The position numbers were made by a program, and so were the translations under genes. A model generated the notes under the pieces. It saw only the letters and a program-made list of their open reading frames with translations, made no database searches and had not been told where the DNA came from. A stretch of DNA of 64,000 bases from an uncultured virus (IMG/VR IMGVR_UViG_3300030103_004582) (lineage: Duplodnaviria; Heunggongvirae; Uroviricota; Caudoviricetes): IMG/VR virus record IMGVR_UViG_3300030103_004582, positions 1 through 64,000 of that record; one strand, 5' to 3'. This document shows, piece by piece, positions 8,555 through 18,990 of this stretch (position 1 is its first letter; the number at the start of each line of letters is the position of its first letter).

Positions 8555-11500
8555 TTATAATAATTTATTATCTGAAATAGTAAATGTTTGATTACGTTGA
8601 AGTTCTTCTCCATCGTTTTCATATGATACACTTATACTAACACTAATTATAGATTCTTTTAATTCATCTATACTGTTTTCTATATTTTGTATCTCTGTTT
8701 GTATTTGACTTTTTCTATTTATGTTATATGCACTTGTGTTTGATAATGAATCATATTCCGCTTGTAAATCTAGTATATCGCCATTAAAGTCTACAATATC
8801 TTGAGATTGACTAAAAGCAATACTAAATATTGGTATGTTACTTAGTTCTATAGTATTACTTTTACTAGTGAATACTTCATCTATATGTACTATATCACTA
8901 CCACTATCAGTTATAACTACATTTATGGGGTTTGGTAATGGTGTTAATATTGAATTTATAAGTGTTTCCACTATTACATTTTGTCCATTAGGATTAATAT
9001 TTATTTCAATACTATTAGATGGTATTGTAGGTTGTGACTCACCAGTATTCTGTGATGCCTGATTTAGAGGTACTTCTTGTTTAAGACTAGCATTAGGTGA
9101 GTCTCCAATTAATTTTATTTTNNNNNNNNNNTTTTTGACCTATATTTGCAATACCCGGTAATAATTCGCTAAATAGACTATTTCTACCATCAATTATTCT
9201 AGCACCTATAAATGCTTCAACTTCTAATTTATCACTTCTTCTTTCATACATTTCTGTATTTGCATAGTAATTAAATGATAATGCGTTTTGTAATCTACTA
9301 ATAGGTCCTTGTAAGGATTGCCCACCTATAATATCAATAGATAATGTAACATCTGCCATCATTGGTTGTACACCTATACCTTCTGGATTTAAATCCCACT
9401 GAGGTGAATTACCAGTAGCATAAGTAATACTTAAACTATTAATTGTGATTTTAGTGTTAATGTAATCACCTATTCTTAAAATACATATAGGTGGTCTACC
9501 AAAAGCTAAGTTTTGCGCTTTTATACCAGTAGAGTTAGCTTTATCATATATACTAGGTCCCTGTCTTAAACATTGTTGTAAAAATGTTAATCTTGTGTTT
9601 AAACCTTCTGGCGTAGTTGAGTGGAATCCTGGATGAAAATATTTAATTTTTTCTGAAATAGTTTCAAAATACTCAGGATATTCCTCCCCTATGAAATCAA
9701 AATATCTTGTTTCATCAATTCTTAAATTATCTACTATTTGTGAATCTAAAGGTAGAGAAACTAAATTACTATTCATATCAGTTTGTTGGTGTTGTGCGGT
9801 ATTATCATTAACCGCATCATAACTTATTTTAATGTCTACTCTCCTACTATTCTCATCACCACTTATGTCAATAACACTAGATTTTACAACAGTAGTAGAA
9901 TTTACATTACTTATTGAGTTTACTACCGATTCTACTTGTGCTTTGATGTCAGTAGCCCTTTTACTAGCCAACGTAGTTGCATTAGTTTCATCTTTAGATG
10001 CAAAACCATTGATATTAATTTTTACTGTTTTATCACTATTTTTTTGAATATTTAAAAATTCTGTTATAGATGCCGCATCGATACTTACACCTGTGTCACT
10101 ATTTTTATCAAATTTTAATACGTATTTTTCACTAGCACTATAGTTAGACGCAGTAGATTGTTGTTTTTGTATATTTAATTTTTTTTCTATTTCGTTTTTA
10201 GTATTTTGACTAACACCTTGGCTATTATCTAATAAATCTAAAAACTCTTGTGGTGATATACAACCAGCAAAAAATCTTTCTATTTCATTTGTTCTTCTAC
10301 CTCTATATGCATTTATTACTTTAGGGTGGTCAACCAATACCTTAAATTTTAACTGTCCGCTACGAGTAGAATTATTATATGTATATACAGGTTCACCTCT
10401 ACCTATAAAATCTGTTTTAGTCCAATTGGCACTCATATTCTCATCAAATCCTAAATCATATGGAGGAAACCACATAATTCTACCTTTATTTCTACTTAAT
10501 GGATCGCCAGGTCCAATTTCATCTAATGTTAAATCTGCTAAATTATCTGCCCACGCTAAATTTTCAATAGATAACATATACTTTTTAAAAGATGTTGTTC
10601 TATCTATTTCTGTAGAATGTGTCTTAGGAAAACCGTTACTTTGTAATACACTTAAAGATGCATTATCAGATGTAACAGAAAAACCTGGTTTATTTTTACT
10701 ATCTGAACTAAATAAACCACTTTTTCTAATTGCATTACTATATTTATAAGGATTATTTGGTGTCCATACCCTACAAAATTTACCGTTTTTAATTGCAGAT
10801 TCAAAAGATTCACTACTTATAGCATTACCTCTACTAATTAATCTACCTTTTACTCTATCTTTAAAAAACTTTTTAGTTTGATCTATGTACACATCATCAG
10901 AAAAGTTATTTACTAAATTTTGTGTCTCCGATAATAAAGTTTTATTATTAAAATTATTACTATCTTTAAATTCCCAATAATAATTCCTACCAACTGTAGT
11001 CTGTCCTACTTGTTCTGAATTAATACCATCTGCACCATTAAAATCTTCAGAAGTAAAAGTAGTCATTATTTTACTACCTCTATTAGTAGTTCTTTCACTA
11101 CCTATATAATATCTACTAGATGTACCACCATCAGATGTTGATGATAATCTTCTGTCTGTATAATTTGGTACATATAAATTTAAACCTAAAGCATTAAATA
11201 AAAACGTTGTTTGATTGATACCTGTATTACTAATTAAAGAATTACTTCTTTGTTCTGTAGATATAACAGGAGAACTCTGATTTTTATCATTACTCTTACC
11301 CCCTTTATTACTTTTTAATTGTCTATTATATTCTTGCCAACCTATCGATTCATCAGGTAGAATTCCTCCGTTTGAAGGTTCTCCTCTCATTCTATCTTCA
11401 AAATCAGTTGCTTCATCTTCAGGTGGTTGAAAATATGTTATAGCAAATTTAATTAAATCACTAGACATTTTATTTTGTATTTGAGAAACTTTACTAATAA

Positions 11501-12032
11501 CGTTAGTTTTTAATTCTCCAGCACCTATAATACCTAAAGATGATTCATTGTTATAATTTAGTGTTGACATTTTGTCTATAACATCAAATGGAAAAGTAAC
11601 ATAAGGAGAATCTCCTCTACTTAATAAAGTAAAACTTTCAGTATTAGAAAATAAAGGGTATGGAATTCTATCTTTCACTGAAGAATCGAAATAAGGTTCA
11701 GAAGGTATTACAACACTAAATTCCTCATAACCATCTGTCGGCGGAATATATCTGTTATTATTTACGTTTTGAGTGTCTCTGAAATTTTCTCCTTCCGTAA
11801 TGATATTTTCATCTTCGTTATAAGAAATAACAGTATTTTCACTTTGTACACCATTAACAGGTACTTTTACAATATTACCTATATCATCAAGTTTAGAGGT
11901 TAAACCCCCTTCAACTAAAGTTCTATTAGTTGGTGGAGGTAAATTTTTACTTAATAATATATCTCGTAAATCTTCAGTGCTTAACACACCAAAATTAGTA
12001 GTATATAATGTTTGATTTAAAATGCCTGACAT
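8555..12032 (-). CDS. Baseplate/tail-tube initiator-like protein with embedded OmpA-like domain; one gene (about 1155 aa) split in the ORF track by the N-gap at 9122-9131
   Basis: After the gap the frame KIKLIGDSPNASLKQEV... is open into ORF 8555..8971; WTKTDFIGRGEPVYTYNNSTRS and FGRPPICILRIGD..WDLNPEG..QPMMADV motifs; INGFAS..LASKRA..RRVDI OmpA-like. Confidence 0.7.
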
Positions 12033-12046
12033 AAATATTCTTTATA

Positions 12047-12055
12047 TATAAATAT
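12047..12055 (-). promoter_or_regulatory. Putative late promoter motif ATATTTATA
   Basis: 14 nt upstream of ATG 12032. Confidence 0.55.
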
Positions 12056-12077
12056 TTAAAGGCTAAATTTCAGGAGA

Positions 12078-12166
12078 TAAAATTATATATTATATATAAT
12101 TAATAGATTATTACTAGTTTATTTATTATATTTATTCTAGTTTTAATAATTATTTATAATTTTTAA
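12078..12166. other. ORF-less, extremely AT-rich tract (candidate DNA-unwinding element)
   Basis: About 5 G/C in about 89 bp; imperfect palindrome 12081-12101; ctagttt twice (12114, 12137). Confidence 0.45.
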
Positions 12167-12180
12167 GGTCTATTTCTGGT

Positions 12181-12212
12181 CAAATATAAGAAAATAATTT
12201 TAAAAAGTCAAT
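12181..12212 (-). promoter_or_regulatory. Bacteroidota-type promoter pointing into the AT-rich tract
   Basis: ATTG-N20-TATATTTG on the minus strand. Confidence 0.55.
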
Positions 12213-12230
12213 AGTAGAAACAAATTTTTT

Positions 12231-14147
12231 TTAAGTTATATTATTAATTACTACCTCAATATCAGTTCCATCTGTTTTTATTTCAATCCCATTCACAATT
12301 TTTCGTGTAATTTCATCCTGAATCATTTGCAGTTGTGCAGGTGTAAATGTTCCAGACCCATTTATTGCAACATCTAAATTAATATTTTGATTTTTAGTTA
12401 CTGACGCAGTAGGATTTCCTGTATTACCTGGACCGCTATTAGGGTCACCTGTATTGTTGGTGTTACCGGGACCGGTATTTGTTGGTATTTTTGGTAAATT
12501 ATTAATGAAATCATTTAATTCATCACCCATTTTACCCATAGTTTCTCCAAATTCATTAGTAGCATTAGTCCATTCATCTGATTCAAATAAAGCACCTGGT
12601 TTAAACGCTTCTTGAAATTGTTTTACGGCAACATCCATAGTATTTTTCATAGGTGTTACTAAAGTCTTTTTCATATTTTCTGCAGTTATCTCATATAAAT
12701 CTGTACCACCTGCAATTGCAGCTTTACCACTTTCTTTTAAACTCTGCAATTGTTCACTCATAGTTTGAGTGTTTATTGCAATATTTTTAAATAAATCACT
12801 ATCTGTTTTACCTTCATTTGCATTAGCTTCCATTATCTCATCAACCATAGATTCGTTAACTTCATCTAATCCTAATTCTTCACCGTTGTGTTGGATAACA
12901 AATTCTCCTTTTTCTTCTGAAAATTTAGCTAAAGATGCTAAGTTTTCTTTCATTTCATTATCACCAATAGCCGTAAACTTCATTTTAAGGTCGTTAATTT
13001 TACTAGATTGTCTAGCCATTTCAACCATTTTCTCTGTATTGATACCCAATTGATCACCTGCCGCTTTTAATTGCATTCTAGCTTCTGCGGGTAATTCGTA
13101 TCTACCACTTTCTTCGTTAAATTGTAACATGTTTTTAGTCATGTCTTCCAATTTATTCGCTAATTCTTCTGGTTTATTACGAGCCATATACATAGTCTCA
13201 AAAGGATCACCAAATGCTTTTGCTATATCTCCACCCAACATCTGTAAGTTAGCTGCTGCTTCAATCGCCGCTTCTGGTTGATAGAATTTATCTGCCATTT
13301 GTAATACATCAGAAACATCAATCCTCATTTTAACCGCTTGTTTAGCCATTTCAGTCATACCTCTTACACCACTAGCAAATGAATATGATTGGATAGATTT
13401 CATATTACTTGATAGTTGTTTTACTACTTTTGATGCATTTAACCCTAATTTTTGAGATTCTTTAAAAACATCTTCTAATCCTTTAGTCATTGCGTTTGTA
13501 GAAATACCCATTAAGTCAAACATTTCTGCCATTTTTGCAGTTTCAGAAGCACTTAAATTAACACCTCTAGATATTTTTTCAATGTTAATGACATCTTCAT
13601 TATCTAAAATTTTCATTCTACCTGATTCATCTGCCATAGTTTCCATCATATTAGTAATATCTTCCATACTACCACCCATTTGTTCAACTTCTGGTAAAGT
13701 ATCTTTAAATGTTCTAGTTAATCTTTCTTGATGTGCTGCACCTGCACCAATATTTCTAGAAACCATTAAATATTCTTTGGCAATTTTTTGTGCGTAATTA
13801 TATTGATCGGCACTAGTGGTTAAAAAGTTTTGAAATTGTCTATACGTAACCTTAACTTCTTGTGTAATTCTACCAGTAACTTCGTATTGAGATTTATATA
13901 TTTTTTCTTGTTTTTCATAAATCTTAAGTAGTTCTTCTGCATTTTTTTTTTGTTCCTCAGTTTCAAGAGTAAGTTTACTTAAAGCTTCCTTTTTTTGTTT
14001 TATACCCTCTAATTCTGCCTTACGTTCATCTCTACTAATACCATCTAAACTGTCTCGCCAATTTTTACTTTCACGAATTAATTCTTTTTGATTTTTTAGT
14101 TTTTCTTTAAACCAATCATCACTACCTGGTGTGAATTCTCCTGCCAT
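12231..14147 (-). CDS. Tape measure protein
   Basis: 638 aa, helical and A/M/K/E-rich; AIEAAANLQMLGG..DPF motif; lies downstream of the chaperone and upstream of baseplate genes. Confidence 0.75.
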   Translation of the reverse strand: MAGEFTPGSDDWFKEKLKNQKELIRESKNWRDSLDGISRDERKAELEGIKQKKEALSKLTLETEEQKKNAEELLKIYEKQEKIYKSQYEVTGRITQEVKVTYRQFQNFLTTSADQYNYAQKIAKEYLMVSRNIGAGAAHQERLTRTFKDTLPEVEQMGGSMEDITNMMETMADESGRMKILDNEDVINIEKISRGVNLSASETAKMAEMFDLMGISTNAMTKGLEDVFKESQKLGLNASKVVKQLSSNMKSIQSYSFASGVRGMTEMAKQAVKMRIDVSDVLQMADKFYQPEAAIEAAANLQMLGGDIAKAFGDPFETMYMARNKPEELANKLEDMTKNMLQFNEESGRYELPAEARMQLKAAGDQLGINTEKMVEMARQSSKINDLKMKFTAIGDNEMKENLASLAKFSEEKGEFVIQHNGEELGLDEVNESMVDEIMEANANEGKTDSDLFKNIAINTQTMSEQLQSLKESGKAAIAGGTDLYEITAENMKKTLVTPMKNTMDVAVKQFQEAFKPGALFESDEWTNATNEFGETMGKMGDELNDFINNLPKIPTNTGPGNTNNTGDPNSGPGNTGNPTASVTKNQNINLDVAINGSGTFTPAQLQMIQDEITRKIVNGIEIKTDGTDIEVVINNIT

Positions 14148-14153
14148 AGTTCA

Positions 14154-15359
14154 TTACATTTCTAGTCTTGTTATCTTACCATTCCAACCTATTTGTGAAC
14201 ATACGGGTTTACCATTGGAATCGCAAAATTTTAAATTCCCATTTTGGTTCTCACCTCTTTCTGTACTAGAAAAAGTAATTAATAAATATTTTCCATCAGG
14301 ATCTTTTAATTGCACGGTTTTACCTTTATTTAATGGACTTGCAGTCATTACCTCATATTTAACCTCATCACCTTTTTTAATATTACTTGAATTAGCTACA
14401 CAAGTAGGGAAAGTGGTGTTATTTTCTCTAGGAGGAACTCCTGCACCACTATCATTATAATCCGTAGGTCTATTTTCATATTTTATTGTTATATTACTAT
14501 AAACTATTAATTTATCAGAAACAGAACCTTTATTAGCGTTAACTTTTAATTGTTTTTGATTTTTTACCCTAAAAAATTTACTTAGTAAACCTGAAAGATC
14601 TGATTCTATACCATCAAAAAGGTCTTTAATATCATTATCCCATTTTTCACAATAAGGAGTATTGGTTATATTAGGATTATTATGAACGTATAAATTTCTA
14701 GTATCTAAATCAAACATTTCATTTTTATATCTTGAAATACAATCTAGTCTATATTCTTCAGTTAAATTTTTAGTATATTCATTTTGTGCTGGCAACCACG
14801 CGTTTAAATCATCTTCCCATTTTTTCATACATGCGCTTTTATTTCCTTGTGGACATTTATTCTCTTCCTCTACAAGATCATCTGGATCAGTTAAAAATTG
14901 TCTGGCAAATCTAACACAATAACACACAGAAGCATGTCCTTTACCTTTCTTTTTTTGTCCTGACCTTACTCTAGACTTAGCACTTTTTATACCTCTACTG
15001 ATTCTTAAAGCATCATAAACACCTGAAGTAAGTTGTTTACCTTTATATTTACCATCTTCAATAGTATAGGTAGTATTTGTAGTATTTTGAAAATGTTGTT
15101 CCAATTCAGATTGACTAGGAAACCCATCCGGCCATTTCCCATTAGACATATCTTTATAAATTTCTTCTATTTTTATAGGATTTTGTGGTGGTTTTTGATT
15201 TTGAACATCTATAATAGTTTGAATTTTATCAGCATCACTAACACTTCTATCACCTAAAGCATCATAACCAGAAACACTAACACTCTGCTCAACTATTAAG
15301 TTATCTATATCAATAATAACTTCTTTAATAATATTATTAAAATATTCAATATTTTTCAT
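14154..15359 (-). CDS. Hypothetical protein with LIVE|Q leader; candidate capsid-packaged cargo
   Basis: 401 aa; leader MKNIEYFNNIIKEVIIDIDNLIVEQ; own ATATTTAT motif. Confidence 0.6.
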   Translation of the reverse strand: MKNIEYFNNIIKEVIIDIDNLIVEQSVSVSGYDALGDRSVSDADKIQTIIDVQNQKPPQNPIKIEEIYKDMSNGKWPDGFPSQSELEQHFQNTTNTTYTIEDGKYKGKQLTSGVYDALRISRGIKSAKSRVRSGQKKKGKGHASVCYCVRFARQFLTDPDDLVEEENKCPQGNKSACMKKWEDDLNAWLPAQNEYTKNLTEEYRLDCISRYKNEMFDLDTRNLYVHNNPNITNTPYCEKWDNDIKDLFDGIESDLSGLLSKFFRVKNQKQLKVNANKGSVSDKLIVYSNITIKYENRPTDYNDSGAGVPPRENNTTFPTCVANSSNIKKGDEVKYEVMTASPLNKGKTVQLKDPDGKYLLITFSSTERGENQNGNLKFCDSNGKPVCSQIGWNGKITRLEM

Positions 15360-15372
15360 AGTGCGATTTTTA

Positions 15373-15381
15373 TATAAATAT
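15373..15381 (-). promoter_or_regulatory. Putative late promoter motif ATATTTATA
   Basis: 13 nt upstream of ATG 15359. Confidence 0.55.
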
Positions 15382-15395
15382 TAAGAAAAATTAAA

Positions 15396-15545
15396 TTATT
15401 CTTCTTTCTTAGTAAGATTACCAATAAATATTCTTCTACTATAAGTAGGCATTATCATTATATCACTATATGAAAACTGACCTGTTTTTACTAAATAAGA
15501 TATTTCTTTATGTAAGTGTAGTAGGTATTCAGAGTTTAGGCCATA
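15396..15545 (-). CDS. Frameshift extension of the tail assembly chaperone (gp51/GT-like C-terminal part)
   Basis: YGLNSEYLLHLHKEISYLVKTGQFSYSDIMIMPTYSRRIF; no nearby in-frame ATG; reachable by +1/-2 shift at AAT TTT TTA. Confidence 0.6.
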   Translation of the reverse strand, partial: YGLNSEYLLHLHKEISYLVKTGQFSYSDIMIMPTYSRRIFIGNLTKKEE

Positions 15546-16314
15546 AAAAATTCGGTCCGAATCTAAGAAAGCAACTAACGGATTCTCCCCCCTGAATCCG
15601 TGCGTTTGTATTAAAATCAATACCTGGTTCATTATCATCAATATACTTTCGTAATGATCTAGAATCAATAAGTGGTATCTTTTTTAAGATATTTGAAATT
15701 ATTATTTTATCTCTCTCACCATCAATTTCGGTAACACATTTCTCCAACCTAAGTGTTATTTTTTGAGAAACTTTTTCTTTACTTCTTTTCATCTGACTTT
15801 TGTCTGCAATATCAATTTCTTGTTCTTCTTTAGATGTTAAAAATTTAAACTTAATTAATTTTCCAGATTTAGGTAATTTAAAATCTATCTCACCATTAAC
15901 ATCTGGTTTAATCATTAATTTTTTTTGTTTTAACTGACTTAAATCTATCTCACCTTCTACATAATCACCACTATTTTCATCCCAAACTAATTGGGTATAT
16001 TTCTCACCAAAAGCGGTAGAACGTAAAAATATTAGAATAGCCATTCTATCTCCTTCTAACAATTCACTAACATCCATATTTAAATCTTTTACCTTTCTTT
16101 TAATAAGTAAATCAATCATCACATCTGGTTTTGCACTCAAATTAGGTGAACTAAGAATATTTTCATCCATTGCAGTTAAATATTCTACTTTAACTTGTTT
16201 TAATTTATTATCGTATAATAATCCCTGTGATGGTAAATCTAACACATCGAAAGGTGTTCTTAAATCTTCAGGTACATAATTAGGATCTAAAGAATTTTGT
16301 ATATTTTGCTCCAT
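15529..16314 (-). CDS. Tail/baseplate assembly chaperone (T4 gp26-like)
   Basis: LDLPSQGLLY..VEYLTAMDENIL..LLEGDRMAILIFLR..LPKSGKLIKFKFLT..DSRSLRKYI..PGIDF..FLWP. Confidence 0.75.
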   Translation of the reverse strand: MEQNIQNSLDPNYVPEDLRTPFDVLDLPSQGLLYDNKLKQVKVEYLTAMDENILSSPNLSAKPDVMIDLLIKRKVKDLNMDVSELLEGDRMAILIFLRSTAFGEKYTQLVWDENSGDYVEGEIDLSQLKQKKLMIKPDVNGEIDFKLPKSGKLIKFKFLTSKEEQEIDIADKSQMKRSKEKVSQKITLRLEKCVTEIDGERDKIIISNILKKIPLIDSRSLRKYIDDNEPGIDFNTNARIQGGESVSCFLRFGPNFLWPKL

Positions 16315-16352
16315 AAAACATTTTTTTATTAATTTAATCTATTATTCTATTA

Positions 16353-16361
16353 AATAAATAT
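16353..16361 (-). promoter_or_regulatory. Putative late promoter motif ATATTTATT
   Basis: About 38 nt upstream of ATG 16314. Confidence 0.45.
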
Positions 16362-16377
16362 TAAATGTTGATTTTTT

Positions 16378-18981
16378 TTACTCTACGTAGCAAGGTAAAG
16401 TTTTGGCGAATTCTATTAATTCGGAAGTACAGTCACTTTTTGTCTTACCTTTTCTTTCACCATTAGCAGTAACTTTATCACACCAACCTTTAACAGGTAA
16501 TTTAGCTAATTCAGTAAGTGTTTCATCGGTTATAATAAATTGAAATGAAGGATTACCATTTACATCTTCATGTTTTGTATACAATTCACCTTCATTATCG
16601 GGACTTAACATACTAATAAAGGGTTTAAATTTACTTTTTGCAGCAAAATTATACATAGTTGCTTTCATAATATTACAACCCTCCTCTACACTTTTATTGT
16701 TTAAGATACTTTGCCATTTATAATCAGGTAAAGTTAAATCAAAATTTATTACAACTCCTAAATCTAAATTTCGAGTAGTTGTAGAATCTACATTGTCATC
16801 TGACACATCATTTTTCATATAATCTACTAACGCATTAAATTGTTTATCTATAAATTCATCACTAGCCAACTTATTTACGTCTTGAAAATATTTTCTTGCT
16901 ACAGTAGGTCCTTCAATATCTGTTTTTCTCTGTGTACCGTAATTCATTGCAAAACCCATTAAATTAATACCTTCTTCTGTGTTTTTCTTACCATTTGAAA
17001 CTGTAAATTTACTTCCCAAATCGATTTGTTTACCCTTACCTATATCTTTAGCCATAGTTTTTATTTCATCTTTAGATACAGAACCATCAGTAAATAATAT
17101 TAAATCATTTAATTTTCTCTCAACTTCATTTTCTCCTGCCGCGTTCAATAATGTAATAATTAATTCTGCCTTTGTGGCTTGACATTTTCTTATTAATTTA
17201 GAAGCTAAATCAATACCCTTTCCATTTTTTATTCCATCCCATCCTGAAACATCTACGTTAACATTAATATCCTTAGTTGCACCATCTTTCATATCATCAA
17301 CTTCCTTTTTTGTTAATGCTAACGCTTCATTTCCACTAAGTATATTTTGTACTAAATTATTTTTAAACTCACCATCTACACCTATAACATTTAAAATTTT
17401 TGATAAATCCTTAACTGATTCATTATTATCCCCACCCTCATTTTTAATCAGATTAAAAGCTTCTTCTTTAGTATATTCGCACTTGTGATTTAATATCTCA
17501 ACCAAATTTTTATTTTTTAGTAGTTTATTTACTTGTTGTTTAATAGTAGATTTCAGTTTAGCATCAATCACACCTAGTAACCTCTGTAAATCAACACTAA
17601 ATGTAAATAAATAATCTATAATTGAAGATCCTACACCCCATAAAGGTAAGGGGAAATAATGTTCAAAATAACCTTTAGGATCATATCTGTCAGTTACATC
17701 AACTAAATCTGTATTCATAAAAGTCCTAAAACAATCCAAAAAATCCACCGGTTCAGTAAACTGAAGTAAATCTTTTTCAGTATATTTTGTATTAGGATTT
17801 GTTTCCATGTCATACTCCATATCTAAAAATTGTTCCATTTTATCTTTCCTTACACGTCTTAATTCACCATCTTCCTTAGTTATACAAGAAATAGTTTGTA
17901 TCAATGCTTCTAAAGCCCATTCTATACCTACTATTGAATAAACCCAATATTTATTTCTTTTAACTTTTGCAATTGCTCTTTCATTTAATCTTTGATTCTT
18001 TATTATTTCTGCAAGTAATTCTTCCGTTTTCTCCATAGAATTAGCACCTTTTAACTCATTTTTTAATATGGCTAACTCTTCCTCACTTAAACCTGATTTA
18101 AAGTTAAGATCATCCATTACTACTATAGTATCACCATCTTTACCTCTAAAACTTACACCATCACTTATCTCAAACTTATTACTTCCGACAATTTCAAACT
18201 TATTCACAAAACCACCAACATTATTTTTATGTACTATTATATGATTACCACTAGTTTTATTAGTTAATACCACATACTCACTAATTGGGCTTTTAAGTTC
18301 AACACCTTTTAGCATCTCATCTAATTGAAGTTTTTTCAAACCTTTTGTTGCTTGTTTAGCAATATCATCACCAATCTTAATTCTAATATTCATTGGTAAT
18401 TTAGGACTCATACCAACCCTATTTTTTATTATATTTATTCTTATATCATCGGTTGCTTGTAATGGGAAATCAATATCATTTGTTTTTCTTTTCAAAACTT
18501 CTGGCATATCATCCCATAACTTATCAATTTCTTTAACTGCTTCATCTACAGTTTTACCATCTTTAGATAAATTATAAAATAAATTTGTATAAACATCTTC
18601 AGGTTTTGATTTCTCAACTATACGTACATTATCTATAAAATTCTCTAATCCTTTTAATGCACTTGCACTAACACCTAAATCTACTAATGAGTTATTTAAA
18701 CTAACCTTAAAACCCTGTGGGTCATCATCTAATCTTCTTAATAATTTTTTTAATTCGTCAACATCTCCACTTAGTGCTCTTGCAACAACCGCTACTTCAT
18801 CTGCAACAAATTTACCACTATTAAGGAAACCTCTAATTATTTTTCCAATACCACCTTCACCTTCAGTAATTAAAATTTTTTTCTTCAAATTTATGGATTC
18901 GTCATAATTAACTCTATTATCCATCCTTTCTAACATAAGGTTAAACTTTTTCTTATCTAAATAAATTAATTTTTTTTTCAT
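16378..18981 (-). CDS. Large helical protein with leader and hydrophobic segments; candidate ejected virion protein
   Basis: 867 aa; leader ending KKKILITE|G; hydrophobic YWVYSIVGIEWALEALI and PLWGVGSSIIDYLFTF. Confidence 0.55.
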   Translation of the reverse strand: MKKKLIYLDKKKFNLMLERMDNRVNYDESINLKKKILITEGEGGIGKIIRGFLNSGKFVADEVAVVARALSGDVDELKKLLRRLDDDPQGFKVSLNNSLVDLGVSASALKGLENFIDNVRIVEKSKPEDVYTNLFYNLSKDGKTVDEAVKEIDKLWDDMPEVLKRKTNDIDFPLQATDDIRINIIKNRVGMSPKLPMNIRIKIGDDIAKQATKGLKKLQLDEMLKGVELKSPISEYVVLTNKTSGNHIIVHKNNVGGFVNKFEIVGSNKFEISDGVSFRGKDGDTIVVMDDLNFKSGLSEEELAILKNELKGANSMEKTEELLAEIIKNQRLNERAIAKVKRNKYWVYSIVGIEWALEALIQTISCITKEDGELRRVRKDKMEQFLDMEYDMETNPNTKYTEKDLLQFTEPVDFLDCFRTFMNTDLVDVTDRYDPKGYFEHYFPLPLWGVGSSIIDYLFTFSVDLQRLLGVIDAKLKSTIKQQVNKLLKNKNLVEILNHKCEYTKEEAFNLIKNEGGDNNESVKDLSKILNVIGVDGEFKNNLVQNILSGNEALALTKKEVDDMKDGATKDINVNVDVSGWDGIKNGKGIDLASKLIRKCQATKAELIITLLNAAGENEVERKLNDLILFTDGSVSKDEIKTMAKDIGKGKQIDLGSKFTVSNGKKNTEEGINLMGFAMNYGTQRKTDIEGPTVARKYFQDVNKLASDEFIDKQFNALVDYMKNDVSDDNVDSTTTRNLDLGVVINFDLTLPDYKWQSILNNKSVEEGCNIMKATMYNFAAKSKFKPFISMLSPDNEGELYTKHEDVNGNPSFQFIITDETLTELAKLPVKGWCDKVTANGERKGKTKSDCTSELIEFAKTLPCYVE

Positions 18982-18990
18982 CTTTTTCTA

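Noticed and set aside
8555..9131. ORF 8555..8971 as a separate gene, or a natural frameshift at about 9120
   Set aside because: The frame change coincides with a 10-N scaffold gap flanked by T runs; the downstream frame is open from the gap, so this is one gene with an assembly artefact
12151..12158. Plus-strand TATTTATA as an antisense late promoter
   Set aside because: It lies in an almost pure A/T tract where chance matches are expected, with no downstream plus-strand gene
15546..15668. ATT-initiated N-terminal part of ORF 15396..15668
   Set aside because: It overlaps the chaperone gene, has a non-standard start, and only the part after the U-run looks protein-like
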